Below are positions 25,575 to 40,183 of a stretch of 64,000 nt of DNA, piece by piece. The position numbers and the translations under genes are program-made. Every line of letters starts with the position of its first letter. Position 1 is the stretch's first letter. Origin of the DNA: Octopus sinensis (lineage: Eukaryota); the NCBI RefSeq assembly GCF_006345805.1, contig NC_043017.1:21638001-21702000 (forward strand). The letters run 5' to 3'. The notes beneath the pieces are model-generated. The model saw only the letters and a program-made list of their open reading frames with translations, did no database searches and was not told the origin of the DNA.

Positions 25575-26080
25575 AATGGCCCAGTGGTTAAGGCAGCAGA
25601 CTCACATCGTAAGATCATGGTTTCAATTCCCAGACCAGGTGTTGTGTGTGTTTATTGAGCAAAAACACCTAAAGCTCCACGAGGCTCTGTCAGTGGGTGA
25701 TGGTGACCTGTGGTACTCTTTCACCCCAACTTGCTCTCACTCTTTGTTCCTGTTTCTTGAGTAATGCTGCGATGGACTGGCATCCAGTCCAGCTGGGAGG
25801 AACACATATGCCACAGAAACTGAGAAACTGGGCCCATGAGCCTGGCTAGGCTTGAAAAGAGCGAAAAGAAAACTCTAAGCACAAGGCCCAAAATTTTGGG
25901 GGAGGGGGCCAGTCGATTAGATCGACCCCAGTATGCAACTGTTACTTAATTTATTGACTCCGAAAGGATGAAAGACAAAGTCAACCTCAACGATATTTGA
26001 ACTCAGAATGTAAAGACAGATGAAATACTGCTAAGCATTTTGCCCAGTGTGCTAATGATTCTGCCAGCTTGCTGCCTTTT
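25575..26080. mobile_element. tRNA-derived SINE (plus, about 25575-25870) followed by family B SINE (minus, about 25880-26078)
   Basis: GGCCCAGTGGTTAAGGCAG...GGTTTCAATTCCC head; family B reverse complement. Confidence 0.7.
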
Positions 26081-26514
26081 AACTTTGAAATATTGAAGAA
26101 ATAACTGGACTCCATCAGTCACAATGGCAAAGACTCCAGTTTGTCCAAGCACTGGAACACCCAGCTTGTGAAATTAACATGTGGGTGGTGAATCACTCCC
26201 CAGTCACACATACCCTTACTGTAGCTGTCAGGGAGATCCAGCATGACACACAATGTGAAAAGGCTGGCTCTGTGAATTACAATAACAGTTTATTTCTGCC
26301 AGCTGAGTTGACTGGGGCAATGTGAAATAAGTGTACTGAGCACACAAATGTATGACTGAGCGCACAAATGTATGATTGTGAGCCAAATGCTCTTACCATT
26401 TAACCATGTGCCTTCACTGAAGAAATAAAGGGTACGCATAAACTACTGTTGTTCTGTTTTTACTTCTGTATTCCATTCATATTGTATTGTTTCAGCCTTT
26501 TAATCTTGTATGTA

Positions 26515-26551
<37 letters not shown>

Positions 26552-26734
26552 ATATATACATACATATATACATGTAAGCATACAAACACAAACACATATA
26601 CGCATGGAAGTTTATATTTATGTATGTATGTATGCATGTATGTATATATGCATATATATATATGTATACACACAAGCACATATGTATATTTATATGTTTA
26701 TATATATCTGCATATATATATGTACATATAAATT

Positions 26735-26785
<51 letters not shown>

Positions 26786-27218
26786 TTGTGTGTGTGTGTG
26801 CATGTATGTATTTATGTAAATATCTTCGAGAATTCCCAAAAACCATAGTTCATTTTTGGAACATTAAGATTGTTATCAAAACTTGGCATCAAAATTTTCT
26901 ATTTTCGAACATGCACCGAGACCAAGTTATGATCAATACCACAACATATATAGATCCAAATTAATGCTACGATTGATACACATTGCACAGAATGGTAAGA
27001 ATTTCTACAATGCACCACTAATGAAGGTCAGTAAATTTGTAACAAGAGATTAGTGCTGAAACCTAATATTTTCCAGATTATTATATGCATGCTGACACAG
27101 AGGCATATACAATGCACTTTTTAACAGAAAAGGGGGTGATGGTAATTTCGAAGTTTCGGTTTGTAGCCCTCACTGGACAATCCATTAAAAGCTATATCTA
27201 TCTATCTATCTATCTAAA

Positions 27219-27260
<42 letters not shown>

Positions 27261-28581
27261 CCTACCTAACTACCTACCTACCTATCTATCTATCTATCTA
27301 TCTTTTTTTTCCTCTCCTCCTTTTTTTCCTTTTTTCTTCTTTTTTCATTTTTCTTTTCTTTTGTTTCTTTCTCTTTTCTTCTTTTTTTCTTTTTTTCTTT
27401 TTTCCCTTTTACGATCCCTTTTGATCGAAAACTACGCCACTTTTTTTTTTCCTCATCCCCCAAAAGAAAAGCTCTACCTTGTAATTTGTCCCATCTGTGT
27501 GCAGCCCTGTGTGGCCAATAAAAAAATTTATCTATCTATCTATCTGTCTGTCTGTCTAATCACATATGTGCATATATAGTACATGCATATATGTATATAC
27601 GTTCACATACACACACACAACGTTCACATACACACACATAAACACGTGTTTGCCTTCATGTATGCACATTCATACACATATTAAACTTCCCTATTTATTC
27701 AAAATTCCATCCACGCAGTTATCTAGAATTTTAAGTATTACTATTATTGGTAGATGAAAATCTCAAGTAAATACTGTTAGTAGCTATGAAATTGGTTGAA
27801 TATTCAAATAAGTTTATAAAAGAGCCTACCACATGGCAGGGAAGATGAAGTGGAGGAGAATTTTGGTCGAATGAAATTAACTTTTATGGATTGTATATAA
27901 AATGAAGTTACCATATAAGTGCATGTATGCAGTGTGTGTGTGTGTGTATAGGTCAATATGTGTGTGCGTGCATGTGTATCAGTTTAGTGCATGCATGAGT
28001 ATAATTCAGGAAAATGTAAACATATAATATATATGGCATATACATGAATGTATGTGATACACACATAGATAGATTATGGATGGATGGATGGAAGGATGAT
28101 AAGATAGATAAATAGATAGATAGAGAGTGAGAAGGATAGATAGATAGATAAAGAGATAGAAAGATGGATAGATAGACAGACAGACCGACCGACAGACAGA
28201 TAGATAGATAGAAAGAATAATAGACGAACGGTCAGAGAGTCCAATGGACAGATACAAACAGATGAACAGACAGACTCAGGTAGACTTATATAGTTAGATA
28301 GATGGACAGATAGAGAGACATACACACACACGCACACACATGATATATATATATATATAATATATATATGTATACAGGGATTGATAGATAGAGTGATAGA
28401 GAGATAGATAGAAAGACTGATAGATAGACTGATAGATACATAGACAGATAGATAGATAGACATAGTTTCAAGCCAAGATGATGTAAAAGTCCATGTCTAT
28501 ATAACCTCCACTGACTGGGCCAGATAGAGGCAAACACACATATCCATCTGATTACACACATACACATGCGATTATATGACC

Positions 28582-28621
<40 letters not shown>

Positions 28622-28669
28622 ATATATATAAATATATATATATCGGTGTGAAGAGATATGTCCTGCGTC

Positions 28670-28703
<34 letters not shown>

Positions 28704-29202
28704 CATACACACACATGTAATTACATATACATACCTATACACACATACGTGATTATATGATACACACATACACACATCATTACAGGAACATGTTTATACA
28801 TCCATACACATTCATGATGACTTGAAAAGCCCTTTGCCATTTCTTACACACGCAAATACATGCACACATGTGATTATATGAGTGTCCCTATATATGTATA
28901 CATACACACATGTGATTACATTTACATACCTATGCACATACACACGTGATATATGACACATGCATACATACACAGTCACATGAACACACCTACATATCCA
29001 CACAAACATTCATTTATAGCTTTTAAAAACCTATGCAATTTCACACAGACACACACACACACGCACATTATTACATGTACATATATACAAATGCTCACTA
29101 AACATGCACTCACACACATTATTCGAAGAAGATACTTTCACACATACACACACATATGCGTGCATCATTACACGAACATACCTAGACTTTCATGCGCGCA
29201 CA

Positions 29203-29247
<45 letters not shown>

Positions 29248-29664
29248 CTCTCTCTCACACAAACAATATGGAAATATTTTATCGAGTTTATTACAAATTG
29301 CCACATATCTATGTATCAACACTTGCTGCCACATGTGAAATCAACACACACACACACACACACTGGATTTATAATCCAGAAATTCCAAAGTATTCCAGTC
29401 ATGACCATCCTGCTTATTCTCATAGGAATTATTTAATTCCACACATGATATTAAGGATCACTATATATTTTTAAACATAAGAGGTGGGATGAGGGTAGCT
29501 TGAGAGAGAGATTTAACTGTTATTTCTAGCAGAATGTGTGACCACATAGAGACGTCCTTATCTGAAATTATTTGCTCGTTTAAAAGTAAGATTTATGTTG
29601 TGTGAGATCAGTCTTCAATACTCTGTATCAATCATGTAACAATGTTATTGTTTGTATGTTATTT

Positions 29665-30068
29665 GCTTTAGTCATAGGACTGTGGCCAAGCTGGGGCACC
29701 ACGTTGAAGAATTTCTAGTCAAATGAATCAACCCCAACACTTATTTTTCTTTTATGCCTGGTACTTATACTATCGGTCTCTATTGCTGCACTGCTAAGTC
29801 ACAGGGTCGTAAACACACCAACAGCGGTCGTTAAGTGGTGGTGGTTGTGGTGGGGAGGAAACAAACATAGGCACAGACATAAACACACACATACACGCAC
29901 ACACATAAGTAATATATATATATATATAAATATATGATGGGCTTCTTTCAGTTTCCTTCAACCAAATGCATTTATAAGGCATTGATATCAGCCTGAAGCT
30001 ATATCAGAGGGACTGAACCAGTAACCATGTGGCTGGTAAGCAAACTTCTTACCACATGACCATGCCTG
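29665..30068 (-). mobile_element. SINE family A
   Basis: Tail and head in reverse orientation. Confidence 0.8.
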
Positions 30069-30404
30069 TACCAGTATATATATATATATATGTATGTATG
30101 TATGTATGTAGTATGTATGTATGTATGTATGTATGTATGCGTGCATGTATGTATGTATGTATGCATGTATGTATGTATGTATGCATGTATGTACATGTGT
30201 GCTTGCATGTGTATGTGTGTGTGTCTTTCAAAGAGTTCTCATGACCCTATGATGTAATTATTGTGGTTTTCACACTTAACAGAAAGGTACATGGCATATA
30301 TAGAAATATAATATGATATATATACCATATACAAAATATACACATATAATATAAAATAATTATACACATGAAGACAGACATTACATATATATACATATAT
30401 ATGA

Positions 30405-30439
<35 letters not shown>

Positions 30440-31366
30440 ATATATATATTTGTGTATGTGTGTGTGTATACAGAAGGAGAGAGAAAGAGATAGGTAGTTA
30501 GGGAGAAATATATATGTATAGAAAGTGGCAGAATAATATAATGAAGGATGGAGAGAATAAAGTACAAGTTTTCTTAAAGAAGCAGTCATTGTCACACCTT
30601 GTGGGAGGAGAAGCAAGAGTTAAACAGGCATTCATAAAATTCCACTCCTTATGTCATGAGTAGCACACACACACACACACACACACATGTACATACAAGA
30701 CATATTCTTATGAGTGTGTGTGTGTCTGTTTGTGTGTGTGTGTATACTGAGAGAGATAAAGAGAGAGAGAGATTGATAAATAGATAGATATATGGGTAGA
30801 TAGATAGGCAGATAAACAAATACATACATAGAAGGACAGACAGACAGATGGGTAGATAGAAAGATAGGTAGATATGCATGTACATATATGTACACAACAC
30901 ACACACACACACATATGTATAAACACACACATGCATACACACACACATAACCCATCCTCAACATCATCATCATCATCATCATCATCATCCTCATCATCAC
31001 TATTAATTTGAATTATGTCCGAGTCCCCTTCGTGCTTTCATATTTCCAAGGCCTACAAAATAAAGTCCCAAATATCTTAAGTGGAATTAGTAAGCTTGGT
31101 GGCCACATCACTCCCATTTCAAATTTAATACCTTATTACCATGGTAAACAAAAACTTTTGAAAATATAAATAAAACAAGAATCTAGACAGTTTCCAAAAG
31201 TCCTTAACCAAAACTGCGCAATAAGAAGTGGAAGCTTTGACTGTTTGGAATAAATTCCTTCAGAAGCATGAGAGTGTTGGAACCACCAGTGACTGAATCA
31301 GTCTGAGAGAAGCACGTGGGATGATGTAATCGACCGGTACACAGTCGTTTGGTGTCTGTGCATTAC

Positions 31367-31517
31367 TGATTTGTAAGTTAATGTCAAACAGCTGTTATCA
31401 CGTGCAGGACGGATCTGGCTATTAAGCGAGTCTATCGAGAATATCGACCCACGTCTTCCGTTGGCAAGGAAGAAGAACAGGTTGCCATCCTGTGACTGGT
31501 GTTTGTGATGAATGAAG
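31367..31517 (-). CDS. Candidate exon of the minus-strand gene (two possible readings)
   Basis: CpG-rich unique island. Strong acceptor TTTCTTCCCCTCACAG| (exon from 31517) gives ATG 31488 MATCSSSLPTED|GTGGGT (phase 0). Alternatively acceptor CACAG|G at 31489 gives DGNLFFFLANGRRGSIFSIDSLNSQIRPARDNSCLTLTYKS|GTAATG (123 nt, phase 0-0). Confidence 0.35.
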
Positions 31518-32499
31518 CTGTGAGGGGAAGAAACACAATTGCAAATGTTTAAGGAAGAGATCGTTTTTTTTCTCCCCCTTCTTCGCCCTCCCCTCCATTT
31601 CAAACTGAGTCCTCATCAACTTCAAGTACCCCCTTGGAGTGGAATATAAGCGCAGAAAGGAAATGGATTGGCAGTGTTTGAGTAAATTTTAGAAAGTTTG
31701 GTGAGGTATCTGAGGTAAAGTTGATATGGTTAGATGGACCCATATGAGTGTATAACCAGTGTATTATACATGTGAGCTGTCCCTAGGCACTGTGTGCATG
31801 TCAGGGTACCCAACGGTTATATGTAAGGTACCCTGGGTCACACTATATGGTTACCTCCACAGCTACCACTAGCACTCTGTTATATTTTGGGTATCTATCA
31901 TTGTCATATTGTTTTATATTGTTATTACTAGTTCACCATCATCTTAATCATTTAACGTCCATTTCCAATGCTAGCATGGGTTGGACAGTTTGATAGGAGC
32001 TGTCCTTAAGCAAGACACTTTATTTCACATTGCTCCAGTCCATTCAGCTGGTAAGAATGAGTTGTACCTTCCTGAATGCTCTAAACCCAAAGGACCACTT
32101 TTCAGTTGTCATGGTGCATTTGTCTCCCATTGGATGGGACACCAGTCCGTTGCAGGATTATTTAGTGTTATCCTTTTATTAATGCATCTCATCTTTATTC
32201 TTGTTGCCATTGTTGTCAGCCTTTTATTTCCCACTACCTCTTGTGTTTTTTTTTGGTGTTTTTTGCATTTCATCTTGACCCTGAATCTCACATTTCTGAG
32301 CCCTTCTGGTTTGTGCCCAATGGAAAGAAGTCATTGCTATTACAACCTTTATTAAATGACTTTGCCTTTCATCCTTTCAGGGTCGATTAAATAAGTACCA
32401 GTTGCGCACTGGGGTCGATACAATTGACTTAATCCGTTCCTCCAAATTTGAGGCCTTCTGCTTCCAGTAGAAAGGATTATTACTACTACTACTACTACT

Positions 32500-32534
<35 letters not shown>

Positions 32535-32539
<5 letters not shown>

Positions 32540-32890
32540 CTCTGCCTTAGGCAGAGGTATTGTTTTCAATCATGTTTGTTTGCTTGTTTGTCCATGGGCA
32601 AGATATCTCAAGAACCACTGGTTGGATTTGGATGAAACTTTCAGAGATGTTTGGCCTTATGACCGGCACAAACTAATTAGATTTCATGATCGATCCAGTA
32701 CCAGACAAGGATTCTGGATTATTTTTCCTGTTTTTCCAGTTAGTTTTTCAGAGCAGTCAGGTTCATTTCCAGTATTCTCATTTGTGAGAGCAGTCGAGTT
32801 TATTTCAGATATTCTCATTTTAAAAGACACCTCTGGCTAATCGTTGTAAGGACGTTTGTGTTGCCTTGGTGGAGATTTGAGCTCTTGTAA
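32535..32890 (+). mobile_element. DINE-1/Helentron-like non-autonomous element
   Basis: 5' palindrome ACCTCTGCC-TTA-GGCAGAGGT, (GTTT)n tract, GGATTTGGATGAAACTTT motif, 3' subterminal GCCTTGGTGGAG. Confidence 0.55.
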
Positions 32891-32997
32891 TTATCATTAC
32901 TATTATTATTCATTTAACGTCCGCTTTCCATGCTGGCATGGGTTGGATGGTTTGACTGGAAAACTGGTAAGCCAGGGTGCTGCACCAGATTCCAATC

Positions 32998-33046
32998 TGA
33001 TTATTATTATTATTATTATTATTATTATTTATTATTATTATTATTA

Positions 33047-33084
<38 letters not shown>

Positions 33085-33158
33085 GTTATTATTATCATTA
33101 TTATTATTATTATTATTATTATTTATTATTATTATTATCATTATTATTATTATTATTA

Positions 33159-33195
<37 letters not shown>

Positions 33196-33247
33196 CATAT
33201 ATTATTATTATTATTATTATATATTATCATTATTATTATTATTATTA

Positions 33248-33310
<63 letters not shown>

Positions 33311-33336
33311 TATCATTATTATTATTATTATTATCA

Positions 33337-33369
<33 letters not shown>

Positions 33370-33406
33370 CATTATTATTATTATTATATTATTATTATTA
33401 TTATTA

Positions 33407-33475
<69 letters not shown>

Positions 33476-33677
33476 CATTATTATTATATTATTATTATTA
33501 TTATTATCATTATTATTATTATTATTATTATCATTATTATTATTTTATTATTATTATTATTTTATTATTATTATTATTATCATTATTATCATTATTATTA
33601 TTATTATTATTATTATTTTATATTATTATCATTATTATTACTATTATCATTATTATTATATTGTTATTATTAATTAA
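32998..33677. repeat. About 680-bp (ATT)n/(ATC) microsatellite
   Basis: Direct reading. Confidence 0.95.
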
Positions 33678-33859
33678 TATGGTTCTTTGTGTTTTGAGTT
33701 CATTCCACCAAGGCCATCCTTGGTTTTCTATTTGTAGGAGTTATTAAAATACTAGTCAAATACTGAGGGAATAGTTTCAGCTAACCCCATCCCGTCAAAA
33801 CTGCTGGCCTCAACCTAGATTAGAAACCATTATTATCATTATTATTATTAGTATCATTA

Positions 33860-33901
<42 letters not shown>

Positions 33902-34370
33902 TATCATTATTATTATTATTGTTATTATTATTTATATGGTTCTTTGTTTTTGAGTTCAAATTCCACCAAGGCCATCCTTGGTTTTCTATTGTAGGAGTTA
34001 TTAAAATATACTAGTCAAATACTGAGGGGATAGTTTCAGCTAACACCATCCCGTCAAAACTGCTGGCTTCAACCTAGATTAGAAACCATTATTATCATTA
34101 TTATTATTAGTATCATTATTATTATATTATTTTTTATTATTATTTCTTATTACTATTATCATTATTATTATTATTGTTATTATTAATTATATGGTTCTTT
34201 GTGTTTTGAGTTCAAATTCCACCAAGGCCATCCTTGGTTTTCTATTTGTAGGAGTTATTAAAATATACTAGTCAAATACTGAGGGGATAGTTTCAGCTAA
34301 CCCCATCCCGTCAAAACTGCTGGCCTTCAACCTAGATTAGAAACCATTATTATCATTATTATTATTAGTA

Positions 34371-34401
<31 letters not shown>

Positions 34402-34608
34402 CATTATTATTACTATTATCATTATTATTATTATTGTTATTATTAATTAATATGGTTCTTTGTGTTTTGAGTTCAAATTCCACCAAGGCCATCCTTGGTT
34501 TTCTATTTGTAGGAGTTATTAAAATATACTAGTCAAATACTGAGGGGATAGTTTCAGCTAACCCCATCCCGTCAAAACTGCTGGCCTTCAACCTAGATTA
34601 GAAACCAT
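33678..34608 (+). repeat. Four tandem copies of one decayed family B SINE plus (ATT)n tail
   Basis: GGTTCTTTG starts at 33681, 33938, 34193, 34454; about 160-bp unique part nearly identical. Confidence 0.95.
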
Positions 34609-34631
34609 TATTATCATTATTATTATTAGTA

Positions 34632-34692
<61 letters not shown>

Positions 34693-35287
34693 TATTATTT
34701 CTGGCCGTATTGCTAGTATGCTGGTCAAAATGCTCAGCAACATTTTGCCTGTCTTTGCAGTCTGAGTTCAAATTCCCGTGATGTCAACTTTGCTTTTCAT
34801 CCTTTTGTGGGAAGGTCGATAAAATAAGTACCAGATGAATACGGTGGGGGGGGGGGGGGTCGATGTAATTGCCAAATCCCCACCTCTGAAATTGCTGCCC
34901 TTGTGGCAAAATTTGAAATCATCATCAGCAGCAGCAACAGTAGCAGCGGCAGCACCGATATTGTCATCATTATTATTTTTTGAAATCATCGTTTTTATTA
35001 TGATTATATTCTATTGTTGTATTATTGATACTAACGAAGCCATGCTGCTGATAACTGGTCCTTTAGATTGTCATATTCCTAGCAATACATTCTATTAATA
35101 CTCCTGCATCAACCCCTTCTTTCACAAGCAGAAAATTGGACTCTTAAAACACAGGCAAGACAAATTTTAAAAGAATGAACAGCCTTTTTATTTATTTTTC
35201 ATAAAACAAACCATAATACGAAGCAAAAAAGCAAGAGGTGTGAAGTGTGTCTGTTAACCACGTGTCTATCGAATTCTTGGCACATAC

Positions 35288-35460
35288 CGCTAGATTGAAG
35301 AAGAGGGAGACAGAGCAAAAGAGAGAGAAAGATGGAGAGAGAAGTGAGGCGAGGGAGATAGAAACGAGCGGATGCAGAATGGAGTTAGAGATTGCGAGAT
35401 GCTGAAGTGAAAAGCAGGCAGGCAGGCTGGCTGTTAATATTCGTAAACGCAGGTTCATAG
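35288..35460 (-). promoter_or_regulatory. Candidate alternative promoter / non-coding first exon
   Basis: CpG-retaining island, CACGTG boxes nearby, donor GCG|GTATGT (GT at 35287-35286). Confidence 0.3.
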
Positions 35461-35847
35461 AAATATACAGCAGACACGTGTGTGCATGTGTGTGTGTCTG
35501 TGTGTGCATATGTGTGAGTGTATGTGTGCATGTGTGTCAGTAGGTATGGGCAAACATATGTGCATGTGGCTGCGCTGAGAAGAAATTTACTCGGTGCAAC
35601 AGGTAGTGCACATGTGAGCTTAACTTTAGCATCTGTTGCATGCGTGGTGGCATTGTATTCTGCATTTAAAGAGAGTGTGTTTATGCAATAAGAAATACCT
35701 ACACGCACTTCTGTGTGTTTGTGCTTATATATATATGTGTGTGTGTGTGTGTGCATGTTTTCATACACACATTATGAATGTATGCGCGTGTATAATATTA
35801 CATGCACACATATATATGCACATACAAGCATGTATGACTGCATGCAT

Positions 35848-35895
<48 letters not shown>

Positions 35896-36892
35896 TATGT
35901 GCATGTGTGTGTCTATGAATGTATCTATCTATCTACCTAACTAATCAAAACTGTGCCGGTGATTTAATCATCATTTATTTATGCATTTTGTTCAATTTCT
36001 CCATTATATATATGTGTGTGTGTGTGTGTTTATATATATAAATATGTGTGTGTGTGTGGGTGTGTGTATGTACATGTACACATGTATATATGAGAAACTG
36101 TCTACCATATGTGTGAGCCATGTCTCTCTCTCAGTGTCTGTCTTTTTCTCTCTTTTTTCGTCTGTCATTCTGTCTGTACACACAACCACACACACGCACA
36201 CACACACAAACACACACAAACACAGAAACAAATTTGTGATGGAATCATGTTATACAGTAGTAGTCTTTTCATCAATTTCGAAATTAGCACCCCCATTATT
36301 AATATATTATTATCATCATCATCATCATCATTGGTATAATGTAATAATTCAAAAGATTGGACACTGTTAAATGTATTTATATATTGTTATGAATATTTCA
36401 TATGTATGTGCATGTGTGTGTGTGTGCCTGTCTATATGTATATACATATATATATATATACATGAAATCAGTGTTTATTTATTGACCCTACCACCAATAC
36501 CAGTACATGTTTTGAGTTCAAATCCCACCAAGAACAACCTTGTCTTGCTACTCATCCAAGGGTTGGTGAAACAACTACCATGCAAGCACATGAAGTGAAT
36601 TAAATACACACACTCACACACCCACATGCACACACACATATCTGCACACACACACATACACACTCTCTCATGCCCATACATACACACACATACACATGCA
36701 CACACATGCACACACACATGCACATGCACACACACATGCACTCTGATGCCCACAAACACACACATGTGTACACATGCACACACTCACGCATACACATGGT
36801 GTTTAAAGACCTTTCATTCATTGCCTTTATGTCCCCCTTCAACTGTGCCCCTGTGGCTAATAAAAAAATCATCATCATCATCATCAGATGCC

Positions 36893-37663
36893 TTTCATCC
36901 TTTTGGGGTGGGTAAAATAAGTACCCGTTGAGCACTGGGTGGCTGATGTGACCAACTTGCACTTCCCCTCAAAATTGCTGGCCTTGTGCCAAAAATTAGA
37001 AAGAATCATCATCATCATCATCATCATCATCATTATCATTATTAATTCTGTGTTTGTTTCTTGCTTTCACTTTTTCTTTACTTTTTTTTTACATGATTGA
37101 TTCAGTGTAACACCTTTCTACCATATTTGTAATGCTCCCTCGAGGCAAATATAAATCACCACCACCACCACCACCATCATCATCACCATCACCATCACCA
37201 CCACCAGCAGCATCACCACCTCCATCATCATTATCATTATCATCAATATTATTGCTGTTGTTGTTGTTGTTATATCTAAGGTTCTGAGCTGGCAGATTTG
37301 TTAGAACACTGGGGAGAAAAAAATATACCAAATTGCCTTACAGAATTTGGTCCAGCTCTTTCTTTAGATTCTGAGTTCGAATCCAGCCAAAGTCAGCTTT
37401 GCTGTTTTCTCCTTCTGGTATCGATAAAATAAAGTACCCCAGTACCAGTGAAACTCTGGGGTCGATGTAATCGACAGACAGCCTCTCCTCAGAACTTTTG
37501 GCCTCATGCCTTCTTAATATCTGGAGTTCAAATCCTGCAGTGGTTCGCTTTAATTTTCACCCCTTCAATGTTGATAAACTAGAATACCAGTCAAATATTG
37601 GGGGGCAATGTTATCAACTAATAGTCACTCCTCAAAATTGCTGGCCTTGTGCCTACATCAGAA

Positions 37664-37705
<42 letters not shown>

Positions 37706-38052
37706 ATTATTATTGTTGCTGTTGTTGTTGTAGTAATTGTTATTTTTGTTGTTGTTGTTGTTATTGTTGGTGATATCTTGAAAGCATTTTTTGAAATTCC
37801 TTTACATTCTGTGGTTCAAATTCCACTCTAGGCTGACTTTAGCCTTCCTTTATTCTGGGACCAGTGAAACAATGATATTATTATCTGGTCTTATTCACAA
37901 TGGTTCCATCCATTTCTTTAATGCTCCAGAGGAAAGCATGAACACCACAAATTTACATGGAAATTGTCTTCTTAGGTACAAGGAAATGATGCTGATGACA
38001 TCATAGAAATTAAGTACACCAGATAGTTCACGTGTAACATTAGAAATTCATC

Positions 38053-38098
<46 letters not shown>

Positions 38099-38261
38099 GT
38101 TATTATTAAATTCTGCTGAGGTCAACTTCGCCTTTCATCCTTTCAAGGCCGTTAAATAAAGTACCAGTGAAACACTGGGGTCGATATAATCAACTAGTTC
38201 CCTGCCCCACAATTTCAGGCCTTGTGCTTATAGCTGAAAGGGTTATCATCATCATCATCAC

Positions 38262-38307
<46 letters not shown>

Positions 38308-38850
38308 TCAGTTGAGGTCAACTTTGCCTTTCGCCCTTTTGGGGTCAATAAATTAAGTACCAGTGTAACACTGGGGGTTGATGTAATGGACTAGTCCTCC
38401 TCCCCTAAAATGACTGTCCTTGTGGCAAAATTTGAAACCATTATTATTATTATTATCATCATCATTATTATTGTTATTGTAGCTGGTTAGGTGGCAGAAT
38501 TGTTAGCATGCTTGCTGAAATGCTTAGCACTATTTAGTCCACCTTCGCACACTGAGTTCAAATCCCACAAAGGTTTACTTTGTCCTTGAGCCTTTCAGGG
38601 GTTAATGAAATAAATACCAGTTGAGCTCTGGGGTAGATGAAATTAGCTTTCCCTTTCCCTGCAAAATTGTGGGCCTGTGCCAAATTTTGAAACCATCATC
38701 ATCATTACTATTATTATCATCATCAGGCTTTGTGCCTTTAATAGAAAAGATTATAATTATTGTTGCTTTTTGTGGCTCCAGGGTCAATAAAATACCCACC
38801 AGTTGTACACTGGGGTTGAAGTTCCCTTAAAATTTCTGGCCTTGCTGTAT
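36893..38850 (+). mobile_element. Cluster of at least 7 co-oriented family B SINE copies/fragments between (ATT)n/(ATC)n tracts
   Basis: Copies near 36893, 37285, 37515, 38108, 38305, 38482, 38775. Confidence 0.8.
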
Positions 38851-39203
38851 AAAAATGCAAAACTACTACTATTATTGCTATTAGCATTATTATTATCATT
38901 ATCATATTGTTATTATTATCATTATCATTATTATTGAGTAATAATATCCATGTAAGATGATGGCAATACATACAGAAAACATTCAAAGCCACTAACAGTG
39001 TTACAAGGATAAAAAAGAAAATTACATTAATAATAATATATATTTTGTAAATGTATATATATATATATATATAGTACTGAAATGGTGTATAAGTGCATAA
39101 CAATAAAATATAATAACAATAGAATTATACATGTGTTTGTATGTGTGTATATATTAATCTGTGTATGTATGATTGCATGTATGTACACACAGACATGCAC
39201 ACA

Positions 39204-39239
<36 letters not shown>

Positions 39240-39446
39240 TGTATGTATGTATGTGTATGTGTGTGTATGTATGTATGTATGTATATGTGTGTGTATGTAT
39301 GTATGCATATGTGTGTGAGTGTATGTATATTATGCATACATATTATAGATATATAGTATATAAACAAAACTATTAAATGTATGTATAGTATATATACTAT
39401 ATATAATATATTTATAATATAGATACATAATATATATATATATGTA

Positions 39447-39485
<39 letters not shown>

Positions 39486-39875
39486 TTCCTATATGTATAT
39501 TATATATAATATATATATGGTATATCATGTATAAGATACAGGATAAAAATATAGAAATACAGAAATATTGTATGTTAACTTTTAAGTGACGTTAAAGTTA
39601 CATATTGAGAGCACATGATGTAAGATACGCATAGAAACATACAGATATAAACACATTTCCGCATACAGCTGCACACATACATACATGCGTGTGCATGTGT
39701 ACGTGTGTGTTTGTGTGTGTCTGTGTGTGTGTGTGTGTCTGTGTGTGTAAAGAAAAGTTTCTGTCCAGCAGCAGTGAAGAGTTATGGGATAAGTGAGTTG
39801 GAATACATCAGCCAGGAGCGTACAGATCTATATTACCTCCCTGCCACGGCAGAATCAAACGTTTATTACTAGAGT

Positions 39876-39888
39876 TGACCTTTGACCT
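39876..39888 (-). promoter_or_regulatory. Perfect nuclear-receptor DR1 element AGGTCA-A-AGGTCA
   Basis: TGACCTTTGACCT on plus strand, about 300 bp into the intron after the polyQ exon. Confidence 0.45.
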
Positions 39889-40183
39889 CTCTTCCCCCTG
39901 CACTTTCCCCTCTCACTCCTTTCCTACCACCCGCCCACACCACACACATATGCACATGTACACAGGTATACACACAAACCAAATCAACCGGATTTATATC
40001 ACGCCAAACATATATAAACTTCGAATCTGGAAAGTAAAATGGGACAGCAAGTTCCGTGTTGAGGGTGGGGGAAAAAAATCTGAAAATCGGAGAATGGATG
40101 CACGGGTGGATGGATGAATTAAGAGGTCAGAGGATAGTGTCATGGGGGGGGGAGGTTGCAGGGTCAAGTTCTACAGTTCTTAC

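Noticed and set aside
26950-27145. Two plus-strand exon-like pieces
   Set aside because: Their phases are incompatible (joining creates TGA) and no homology is recognisable.
33678-34608. CRISPR-like repeat/spacer look
   Set aside because: The repeats are about 160-bp SINE relics and the spacers are the same (ATT)n tract; eukaryotic context, no cas genes.
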